Below the pieces are notes generated by a model. That model was not told where the DNA came from. It did not search any database and saw nothing but the letters and a program-made list of their open reading frames with translations. A stretch of DNA of 52,994 nt, the filler included, from Dimargaris cristalligena (Eukaryota): the NCBI GenBank assembly GCA_003614675.1. It is 2 parts of 2 records of this genome, joined end to end, with 100 filler letters (N's around TTAATTAATTAA, not from the genome) between each part and the next. Parts side by side here need not be neighbours in the genome. Positions count along the whole stretch, not along the records: positions 1 to 26,468 come from ML002540.1; 1 more part is not named here. One strand, written 5' to 3'. How positions within the stretch are numbered: position 1 is the first letter of the stretch; each line of letters begins with the position of its first letter. Below are positions 1 through 9,961 of this stretch, one piece after another. The position numbers and the translations under genes are program-made.

Positions 1-1400
1 TGCCATTCAACATGAACCAGCCCATAGCTGGGTCAATTACCAGCCTGGTTTTTCACGAGGTGGCTCTTAGCAGCACTCTTTTGAAAAAGGTAATTGACCT
101 AGTCGGGTTGAACCTACAGAAACTGCGGTTGACTAATTGTGCCTGCGAAGAGCGGGAAATCAACTACGCACTGCGTTTCTGTCCGCGCCTGGTACATTTC
201 GATTTGTGCCATCGCGATGCGATATTCACCAGGGATCTTATGCCCAGTGAGTTCGCGACAAATTACTTATCGTATATGCGTGTTGCAGTGAATTATATTG
301 CGATTGCGTGGCTTTTACCAGTCCTGCGCAATCAGCATAATTTATTACAACTGAGCATATACAAACCGGGCCGGCCAATCTGCCGGGCCCTTCGCAATGC
401 TCTGCCTCGGTTGAATATATACTTCCTCTCAACCGAGGAATACAATAATCTCGTAAATCGAGAATATATAGAGCAGTCTGTAGGTGGGTAGTTTTTATTA
501 CCCAGCCTGTGATTATTCATTATTAGAAATAAAATTGTTTTACTATATTTATCGGTCTTATTACGTTTAAGAGGGTCTGCGGCCACTATTTATACGCAAT
601 TGCAATGGGTCTAAGGGAATAAGTTAAAAGAGGTTTTTGGTAATGATGTAGCCGCAGATTATATTTCACCCGTGCTTCTTATGGTATTTGTAGTGGTTGA
701 ACTATCGGGATAGTGGGTTGAAGTGGCTTGAAGTGGTGGTGATGGTGTGATTGATTGTCTAGCTGTTCATTTAATTTTTATAGTATTTGTTGCAAGATGG
801 CTGATACTCCCATTGCCATTATTCAGGGGGATATACCAATCCAAGTAACCCGGGGAGGCTGAGGTGGTTAGTAAGTGGCGTTTACTATAATAATACGTAT
901 AATAAGATGCTATCCTTCATTAAATGGTTTGGTTGGTATATGTAGAACAACGGCTATTTTTCAAAGCCAGTGCCTCACAAGTGCCCTCCTTCACTATTCA
1001 CTGATATTTTATAACAGCATATCCAACACACAGTATAGCCTATACTTATATTTCAGGCTTATTGGTATATACATCAGTATTATTTTTGACGACAGTTTGC
1101 TTCCAATATCGGTTTTCGTTGCCCTAGGTGGGCAGTTCGGATAACTCGATATTATTCTATAGGAGACCAATTTCTAGAGCTCGCCAACCAATAGCTACTC
1201 CCTTTTTTCTTTTATAATAGTGTGACACCAACCTACCACCGATTTTATGCGACAGCAATTCAGTCGTTATCGATGCCTTAGATTAATAGTGACAAGGCCC
1301 TTTGTTAGTGCCTCCAAACACTTTCTTGATATTTGGCTAGGCTATTTCTGTTATATTAATATGAATACGGGACAGGATTAGCTCGGCTGCAGAGCGAACC
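1..1400 (+). repeat. Left arm of a ~1.4 kb inverted repeat flanking contig A
   Basis: Over the ORF, position p matches the reverse complement of 26469-p (1-18 tgccattcaacatgaacc vs 26451-26468 ggttcatgttgaatggca). By eye, 4 mismatches in the first 262 nt, then rising divergence; similarity is still visible at ~1220-1400 vs ~25070-25245. Inner boundary approximate. Confidence 0.92.
3..491 (+). CDS. Leucine-rich-repeat-like protein, 5'-truncated by the contig end (copy 1); possibly F-box/LRR family
   Basis: Frame is open from the contig edge (first ATG at 12). LRR-like motifs LQKLRLTNC, CPRLVHFDL, LLQLSI. The paralog at 25978-26466 keeps the frame without indels. Confidence 0.6.
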   Translation, partial: PFNMNQPIAGSITSLVFHEVALSSTLLKKVIDLVGLNLQKLRLTNCACEEREINYALRFCPRLVHFDLCHRDAIFTRDLMPSEFATNYLSYMRVAVNYIAIAWLLPVLRNQHNLLQLSIYKPGRPICRALRNALPRLNIYFLSTEEYNNLVNREYIEQSVGG

Positions 1401-1830
1401 GTCCGATGCCTAGGGTCTAATAAAGCTGTATAACGTTGAGTCCGTTTGTCGGGACAGATATTATGTTAACAATTAATAGCCCGCCCATTTGCCAATACGC
1501 CTACTACTTGCTATCTCACACAGCTGTGCTAAATCTCGCCCATATACAAAGTTTGAAAGTACACTAAAGAAAGTAATTTTATGGGAGAGGGTTGACGATA
1601 AGGACAAATGACTATAATGGGCCATCATAGGACCTAATTTATTGATTAAAATAGATGAATGGAGAATAAGTCGATAAATAGAAACAATTTGGAATACATG
1701 GATAAGGCAATCAGGCCAACACTCAAACGTATAAACACGGATAGATGAATAACTAAATAGAATCAGACAACAAAACGTCTAGTGAACCACCCACCTTCGC
1801 TTAATTCTATTTTTTAAAAAAATAGGTAGT

Positions 1831-3489
1831 TTATGATCGGAGGGTCGATGAAGTCTGAGTACCCAAGTAGTACTGCACGGCCTCATCCACCCACGACTCG
1901 TGGAAATAATTCGCCCGACGGGCCACCTCGGTTAAATCGGACCGTTCTTGTGAAATCGCGTCCAATTCCCGGGCCTGGGATTCGACCCAGCGGTGGATAA
2001 ACTGGGCGGGGTCTTGACTAAACTGGGTCAGGAAGGCCCGCTTCTGCTGGGCGTTTTGGATATTGCGAATGACGGTCGTTAGTTGATCGTCTAGGTGGGC
2101 AATTTGGTGGTGTACGGTAGCGGATTTGTGGTAGCCGTAGGCACGGGACCGGACCAGATCGTCGACTTCCACCTGCAGGTCGTAGACGAGGGGGGATACG
2201 TATTGCTGGCCGGTTCCGGTGGTGCTGTCGCCGGCGTCAGGGTTGACCCGGACAGTGTACTCAATAACAACGGGCTCGGGGGGTAGGAGGTGGGGCCGCA
2301 ATAGATGGGAGACCAGGGGAAACGACCATTCCTTAACCCCAAAGAGGCGCTGGAGGGCGTCGTCGCCGATGATGCGCTGGGGATCCGCGGGGCTCTGCAG
2401 TTTATGGTGCCGAATGTAGTGCCACAGCTGAGTGATCACCTGGATACGCGACATAGCCACCCGGCTGGCCCGTTTCCCGGCCGCCGCGTCGCTATTAGCC
2501 CCGGTGGCCGGGGGGCTGGGCATGACGGGGTCCACCAGGGCTAATACGGAAGCTAAATCCTGGGAGAGTTGGAACCGGTCCGTCGGAGACCGCGGGGTCA
2601 GGATAATGCGAACAGGCACATCCACATCACCGCAGCGTTTCACTTCAAACCCGTCCACGTTGGCCTGGTCCTCCGTGCGCTTCCATTCGGTTATTTGGGA
2701 CTGTCTTTTTTCGTCCGACGGCTCACCTCCCTCCGCACCGGAAGGGTTCGACTCCCCGGGAGGTTGGTTAGCGTTCGCGGAGGGGTAATTGCGCGGATCG
2801 CGCAACAGTTCTACCACCACCGAGTCGAAGAAGGATGTGAATTTACAAGTTTGGGTGGTCTTTTTAGCGTAGGGCATATCCAACAGCCGACCTTCGATTT
2901 TCAGAGTCCAGGACGGCACGGGCAGGGAATCCGGATCGATGGGCTGGGTGGATTTAGTTGTGGTATCCGCCGCTGGATGGGGCGACGTCAAGGAATCATT
3001 CGCGCCCCCGGCGGGGGCCGTAAGACTATCCTCGTCCATTTGGTGGGCCTGGTTAGCCACGGTATTCGACACGAAAATCCGCAAGGTGCGCTGCGTACTG
3101 CCACTCCCGATCGCCCCTTTCGCTTCCTGGAATTCGAGGCGTTTGCGCAAAATAGTCGCGTCCAGATTCCGTTCAAAGGCTTGGAGGTCCGTAAGCAGAC
3201 GCGACTCCGGGACGGTGTGGTCGAGATCCAGCGGTAATTGCCGGTCGGCGATGCGGGGCCTTTTGGCCGTGGCGGCTGCCGCGGTGGTTTGGGCGGAGGT
3301 TAGGCCAATATGGGCCAAAGCGCCAGGTAACGCATTAAGAGCGGTGGTGGCGGATAGCGCGTTGGTGCTTAGGGGGCCAGGACCCGTCGAGTTAGCTGCA
3401 CTCGTCATAGGGGTAGTCTGAGGTTGGGGTGTGGCGGGCGTGGTCGCCCCACTAGGCTGGGGTTTGGCAGCAGCACTGTTATTCTCCAT
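1831..3489 (-). CDS. SNF12: SWI/SNF-RSC complex subunit, SMARCD/BAF60 (Snf12/Rsc6/Ssr3) family, SWIB domain
   Basis: Motifs VPESRLLTDLQAFERNLDATILRKRLE, RTLRIFVSNT, WTLKIEGRLLD, LWHYIRHHKLQ, FSQDPAQFIHRWVESQAREL, WVDEAVQYY are typical of BAF60/Snf12. First ATG at 3489; intronless. Confidence 0.93.
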   Translation of the reverse strand: MENNSAAAKPQPSGATTPATPQPQTTPMTSAANSTGPGPLSTNALSATTALNALPGALAHIGLTSAQTTAAAATAKRPRIADRQLPLDLDHTVPESRLLTDLQAFERNLDATILRKRLEFQEAKGAIGSGSTQRTLRIFVSNTVANQAHQMDEDSLTAPAGGANDSLTSPHPAADTTTKSTQPIDPDSLPVPSWTLKIEGRLLDMPYAKKTTQTCKFTSFFDSVVVELLRDPRNYPSANANQPPGESNPSGAEGGEPSDEKRQSQITEWKRTEDQANVDGFEVKRCGDVDVPVRIILTPRSPTDRFQLSQDLASVLALVDPVMPSPPATGANSDAAAGKRASRVAMSRIQVITQLWHYIRHHKLQSPADPQRIIGDDALQRLFGVKEWSFPLVSHLLRPHLLPPEPVVIEYTVRVNPDAGDSTTGTGQQYVSPLVYDLQVEVDDLVRSRAYGYHKSATVHHQIAHLDDQLTTVIRNIQNAQQKRAFLTQFSQDPAQFIHRWVESQARELDAISQERSDLTEVARRANYFHESWVDEAVQYYLGTQTSSTLRS

Positions 3490-4043
3490 GGCGCGAAAAG
3501 AACGGCTCGATTGGGATGGAATGGATGAAGAAATAGGGAAATACAAATGGGGGATGACTAGGGTGAATTATATAAAGGACAGGTAGTTTTTATAAAAACA
3601 AAAATCTAATGTACTGGAGATGGTGTGAAAACGGAATATAAGAAAGCAATGTGCTAAATCACGCGAACGAGAATTGAGAGCCAGTACAAGTAATAGTAGC
3701 CCTATACAGAATGTTTATGGGAGGACGACCATTCCCACGTAAGTCTTAAATTTATTTGCGGGGCCTATTATATAACCCATATTCCTCTTACCAAGCGTAG
3801 GCAACTTGGGTGGTGGTCTTCAAGGCAATGCAATGGACGTTCAATGGTCTTTCTATAGACTAATGAGCCTCAGCTAAGCACTAGACCAAATATTAATCAA
3901 CCTCAGGGGTAATATTTCCTTTTTATAGCACACACTGTGGACTGCGGTATTTGGTTACTTTATTGTCTATAAATTAAAAAGGCAACTCAGCCATAGTGGG
4001 GTTCAAAATGATGTGGGTATTGCTCCTACTTAATTGGTGCCAG

Positions 4044-6167
4044 TTACATGGAGGAGTCTTCGGGTGATAGTTTCAACAATTCCTGAAGTTCCAGGCTCAT
4101 TGCTTTCCCCTGGCTCTTGCCCCATATGGATTCCTTGGTCTGCAATGCATCACTAAGCCCTAATACATTGGCCAGCTCCAATAAAGAACTGGGGGCCGAA
4201 AACAAAAAGTGGCCCAGCGCAGCGAGTAGGCGCAATAGGGTCATTTCGGTGAGGTCCTCGTGGACCGCCTGAATAATGGCACCAAGGCACTCAATCAGCC
4301 AGTCCTCCAGAGACGCCTCGTCCCACCACCCAGGGCTTTCCGAGCTCGACTTGGCCAAGTCCAGCGGCACCTTACCGCGGGCAAGGTCGTAGTCCATCCG
4401 GCGGTGCACAGTCACCCATGCACTCAGGTTAAAGGCGAGGGATGCGGCGGCCTGGCGGACAATCGGTTCTTCCGCCAACAAAGTGTGTACAAGTAGGCTG
4501 GTGATTAAATCCCGGAGTGGCATCGTACAGGCTGGATGTCCCTCGGAGCCACGTACGGCTGGATTGGAGGCGACAGCATCGGGGTTGGGGAAGATATGCT
4601 CGACCATGCAATTTGAACTGAATAGGTTACAGGCCTGGTGATAGGTTGATACAAATAAATATACGGTAAAATGTCGCAGCATTTCGGAGGGCGTTAGTCC
4701 ACAGTCTTTGGATAAAAAACCCCAAGAATAGCGGCATGGGCCTTCCATTTGAATGGCAGTAAGGGCATATCTGATCGGTCGTAAGATATAAAATGACCAG
4801 GCGTATTAGATCTGCTGACTTACCATACGCAGGGTCGTGACTAATAGGCCTTTGGAAGAAGACTCGCTGTCTCCATTTTCCTGGACTGTGCTGTACAGTA
4901 GCTGGCGTACCAAGGTAAGGCCATCGTCAGATTCGAAACTAGGTTTGCATTGGGGGGTAACAAGTAAGTACCGAACCAAATCGATGAGCGCGAACTGATC
5001 GGACGGGGGCAACTGCCTATGGAGACGATCCAACAGAGTGATGAGCAGACATTTATCGAGTGGCGCGGCGGTATCAGAAACTGTGGCGGCTCCCGCTTCC
5101 AGGAGTTTTTGGAGGGTCTGCCAAGTATCGACATACTCTGGGTTAGATGCCATCAGGTCAACGCAGGCCGATGTAGTAGTGCAGCGGGCCAGGGCCTTTT
5201 GGGCACCTTCCCGCTGGGTAAATAAAATGGGATTTGCCCCGATGCCGTCGAGAGTGGGTGTGCGGAGGTGTAGCCAGTGCGGATGAGCGGGCGGGTGCGT
5301 GGCGTAGACCAACGTACGGAGTTCCGTGGCCAAGGCGGTGGGTTGGGCCCCTTTAAGCTCGGAGAACTTATTCCCATCGAGCAGGAAGATAAACGTGGGG
5401 GTAGCTCTGATGCCAAATTGGGCCGCTACAGAGTACCCGGTGGCCATGTCAATACGGCCCGCCCCGAGGGGGGATGTCGTGGGTTCGGCCTCGACTAGGC
5501 GCCGGAATTCGGGCTCAATGACGCGACAGGGAGGACAGCCCACTGAGGTAAAGAAGAGCACCACCGCCCGGTGCTGGGTGGTTAACCGATGAACATCGTC
5601 CATCGTATTCACCGGTACTAAGCGCTGGGAGGTAGGTGTTGGCATCGAAGTTGTCCTTATCGTTGACGGCAAGGCCGACTGTGCCTGGGGGGAGGCCAGT
5701 GCTGACGGGCCGAAGTTGGCCTCCAGCATGGGTCGCAGGGCCTGACCAAACTGGGTAGCCATGAATTCGCGCGGTAGGTCGGAAATATGGGTGGGGATGT
5801 TCTGACCGGTCAAAAACTGGACGGCTTCCGAAGTGAAGTGGTTACAATTGTGGTCGAGGAGGTGGTAATTGGCAGCGGTGTACCGTTCCGTACCTAGCGA
5901 AACCACAAACTCCTCGAATAGGCCCTGCGGGATCTCGGTGTTCCCCATGTCTAACCGCTGGACGGGCTGGCCATGGGGAGTGGTGCCCGGGGCGGCTTGG
6001 AGGATACCCTGGCCGTAGTAATATTCGGTGCCGTAGACGACGACGGAAGTGTGCCAGATGCCCTCGATGACTCGTCCGACTAATTGCGGCGATAGGGACC
6101 GGGCAAGGCCGTTCGAGAGGTCATAGACGAAGAGTTGGACGCGCTGAGGGGCAGATGAGTCGGACAT
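4044..6167 (-). CDS. PPPDE/DeSI-family peptidase (desumoylase/deubiquitinase-like) with thioredoxin and PUL domains; 2 exons
   Basis: Exon 1 6167-4824: VQLFVYDLS, GIWHTSVV (catalytic His), NCNHF (catalytic Cys), thioredoxin CPPC and ATPTF. GTAAGT donor at 4823, CAG acceptor at 4635. Exon 2 4634-4044 joins as LRM|ACNLFS and has the PUL-like VRQAAASLAFN and RLLAALG. Confidence 0.9.
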
Positions 6168-6926
6168 TTCCCAATGCGGTTTGTTAATGGGCGGAGGAAA
6201 GGCAATTCAGCAAGAAGGGGAAATAGGAGTAGGTTGTATGAGAAGAGTAGGTGGGGGAATGAGCTACGCTATAGAAGATAATATACTTGGCTATAGACAG
6301 TCTGGGCCTGGAGCTTTAAATAGCGATATTGGCCAGGACTGCTTGAGGAAAATTCCTAAAGCGTACGTTTAGCTTTTGTGGCTCTAGGCCCATGAATACC
6401 TTGGTGCTGCGCTGCTTACTAATAGCTAAGCCGAAAAAGGGACTTGGCATATGGTATATCTAACCTAATATGGATTATCAGGCTAGTTGACACGATATCC
6501 ACTTGTACCAAGGCCAAGCCTCCCGATAGTCAGTGCAACGCGGTCTTATTTATTACGTCGCCCTTACCACAGTAGAAGCATTTAGCGGTCAAGTAAGTGC
6601 CTGTTTTCAACCCGTTATTGGCTACCATCAACTAGGGACACCCTCTTTAACACCTTTACCGGATGTGGACTCGGTAAATAAAATCAACATGCGGTCACCT
6701 TTCTGATTCTCAACACCCACCCGCTGCCATTAGGTTCGCGAAGTATAACCCCAAAACATCTACACGCCTAGTGACATTATATTATTTTAATTGAGACTGT
6801 ATCGAATCCTCGAATCTTTGGTTCGGTATCATATGGCAAGGATTGGAATGGCACGGCCTTCAGCAAAAATAGGCATATTTCCTGCTGTATCGCGGAACAA
6901 AGTAGCATGTGGCGATAGTATACCAT

Positions 6927-8232
6927 TTACTCTGTAGGAATCAACTGTGCCTCGTTCATCTCTCGCACGAGCTGCGGGAGCCACACCTCGCTATCCTGGG
7001 CATTCATAAACCGGGACGAGCCATGTTTGAACAGACGCTGAAGCTGCTTAAAGGACTCGGGTTCTAATGCACTAGCAAACAGGTTCAAGCCAATGCCCTT
7101 ACGACTGGAACCCAAACACACTGGCACCGTTCCCGAATTTCCCCCTCTCGACTCCAATATTAACGTTAGTAGGCCAACTTCGTTGTTATCGGATAGGTGG
7201 ATTGGTTTAAGTATATGCAGGAAAAATAAATGCCCCCCGTGAACTTCGGGGACCGTAGTGAGGCCGGCTCGGGCCGTCGTGCCATTACTGGCCACCGAGC
7301 TATATTGCCAGTGGATTGATAAGAAACCCGCTCCCTGGAGTAAATGGTAGTTGCGCATCTGGTCAACCAGATTACAACGAAGCCGACGAGCTGCTGTCGC
7401 CGAATGTATATGATAAGGCCGGTTAATACCGTAGAACTGCGTGATGCTATCAATGCACGGGCCTTGTTTAAACATGGCGGCCAGGGTAATCGCTAGAGCA
7501 GCGAAGCTGCACGTGGTCCAACTGTGGGACTGGATATCCCTGTAGTAGTCTTTAACCATGAGGTCTAAGCTGACCAGGAATTGGACCAGGTCGGTGAATC
7601 GACTGGGCATTGCCAGTCGGACAATGGTCAGGTATGTCAGGGGTTCGAATAGAGTAGAACGCATGTCAGATACACCAGGGGACTGTTCGTAGGGAAGGAC
7701 ACTATACGGACCCATCATGATTCGAGTTTTACGTCTTCCCAGTGGGAGTACAGTGTCCATCATTCTTAACGTAGTATGGCCTGTCAAGATACCGAGTGCA
7801 GTGACGATTTGCTTGACATCGGCCAAATCATCCCACAGGCTTAATAGAGGTAGGTCCTTGGCCAATTTCTGAGAGGATTGCTGGTTGAGGTTGCTATACC
7901 GCCAGGCTTCTTTTTGGAAAATCGGGTGGGTCCTGTTAAACTTTAGATAGTGGTAGTAGTCCTCGACATCATACCAGCGGATGGGTTCTTGCATCTGTTG
8001 ACTGGGATCCGTCATATAGCGAAGCGCCTTGCCAAAGTACACGTCGGCACACAAAAACATGGTAATGGATAGCGGCTGGTCGAGAAGGACCATCCACGCC
8101 ACTGCCGCATTTTGAAAGGCTCTCAGCGGCTTTTCCCCTCTACTATAAAGACTCGCGCCGCGCTCGATGGCCTGGTACATTCTCTGTATAGCCTCACCAG
8201 AAATACAGGATAAGCCTATGTGTGTGCACACG
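6927..8232 (-). CDS. Hypothetical protein; probably the 3' exon of the signal peptide/F-box gene upstream
   Basis: 434-codon open frame whose track start is GTG, preceded by a possible CTCTAG acceptor (~8233). Same strand as, and 370 nt downstream of, the F-box exon. No domain recognised; splicing unresolved. Confidence 0.55.
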
Positions 8233-8602
8233 CTAGAGTGATGGCAATGGTATCATTATTCGGCATTTAGGTTAAAATAACAGTTATATGGGGCTTGGAA
8301 GGCATATGGGAGAAGTTCATTCAGGCTGTATAATGAAAAATCCATTGGATGCGGCCAATATTACTGGTTAAAAGCTATTCGCACATATATTCACCCATAC
8401 ATATATTATGTACAACCTTATACAGCTGGTTTGAATTTTACCCATATGGTGCAGAGGCCACCTACTCATCGGAAGATCAATGGCAAATACGGTAATTGTT
8501 TACGGATTTTCGCATTGAACAGGAGGCAAATCAACCAGGGACAGGCTGTATTTAGAAACTAATATTCCGGATGCCAGATTAAACATTAGGGGTCCTGCTA
8601 AC

Positions 8603-8950
8603 CAATCGATGGGTTATTAGAATACTCATGGCTGGCTCGGCATGGGTGTGGCTATCGATATGCGCCCGGAGGACTTTGGTGGTATGGGTAAGGGCTTCAC
8701 CAGACTCATAATAAGACAGATGTCCGACGATTTTATTAATAATCTCTGGAGGTAGGGTGGTCAACCGGTCTGAGGGTGGGGGAGTTTCCACACGGTCCGG
8801 CGTATTCGGGTGGCAGTAAATTAGGCGAACTAACCTATTTACGAGGCTTGGCTTGGATAGGTCAGACGGTTTCGCGACCGACTGCTCGTTGAACGCAAAG
8901 GTGAGGCCTAGAGCAGCCCAGCTAATAATTAGGACGTGTTGTACTTTCAT
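8603..8950 (-). CDS. Signal-peptide-bearing F-box-like protein, first exon
   Basis: ATG at 8950 gives MKVQHVLIISWAALGLTFA (basic + hydrophobic, signal-like), followed by LTTLPPEIINKIVGHL (F-box consensus LxxLPxEIxxxIxxxL) at ~8717-8764. Possible GTTAG donor at 8602. Confidence 0.62.
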
Positions 8951-9961
8951 GGCAGGAGGAGAAGGTGCACGATTGAAATATTTAGAGGTACAGTATGATA
9001 AATTCAATAATAAATGATGGGACGGTGTGAGATAAAAGCCGTAGCGTTTGGATAGATATAATTTGTCTGTTAACCAATAAATAAAAATAGGGGTTGCTTC
9101 TCAAACTTTTCTTATTAGCCTAGTATACCTTTCCTTGGCCACTCCTTATGTAAACCCCCCTCCATGTAAGTCCCTGAATAAAAGGCACGACGCTACTGAT
9201 TCATTATCCCCTCGATATTATACTTTTACTAAATACCGGGTGTCTAGTTGTTATAATCATGAGAATCTAAATGAGCCAAGTAACCCCGGGTAATGCGGAA
9301 GTGTATACAAGCAGGTAACTGTTGACCAGCGAATTTATTACTGGCACTACACGCTTGCAAATTACACTTCAGTTCGGCTCAATCTGCTTTTTTTTGCGAC
9401 ATTGGCAAAATAATCTGTCAAACACAAGCGCAAATGGAGTTTGAGGTTAAATACCAATCTAGTATTTTGTTGGTCATATAATGTCCCAAAAGGGAAGAAT
9501 AAGCCTGCGTTTACACTGATTTTTTAGGGTGATAATGGAAGAGGGATAGGGCCCACCATCTAAAGCATCAGATATTTATTTATACCAAGTATTGGCGAAA
9601 CCGGGCTCTATGGTGGTCCGTCAACTAATATAATTGGTTCGTTCCCTGGTCCATTGGTCCAAGCATGACAGCTGCAGCCCTCTTCTGAGTATAACGCCTG
9701 GCCTTCCTCCAATAGGGTATACTTTTTCAGCAACGGGGGCTGAATTTACTGGCATTTGGTTCGATTCCCTTGTACTTTTACTCTGACTCTAGCGCTAGCT
9801 CTGGCTCCTGTTTGTATTTGTATTTGCTCTTCTTGCTCTTAATTCCACATTCCCTTTTTGTCGCCTAAAGTTCAGCCGTGCGATAACTATTGGCTATTTA
9901 TCTATTTATTTTGGTTTAATTGATATTTACTATCCGTCTGGGGTAATCTCGTGCTATCGCC

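Noticed and set aside
9735-9775. GGTTCGATTCC resembling a tRNA T-loop/B-box
   Set aside because: The flanks do not form a T-stem or cloverleaf.
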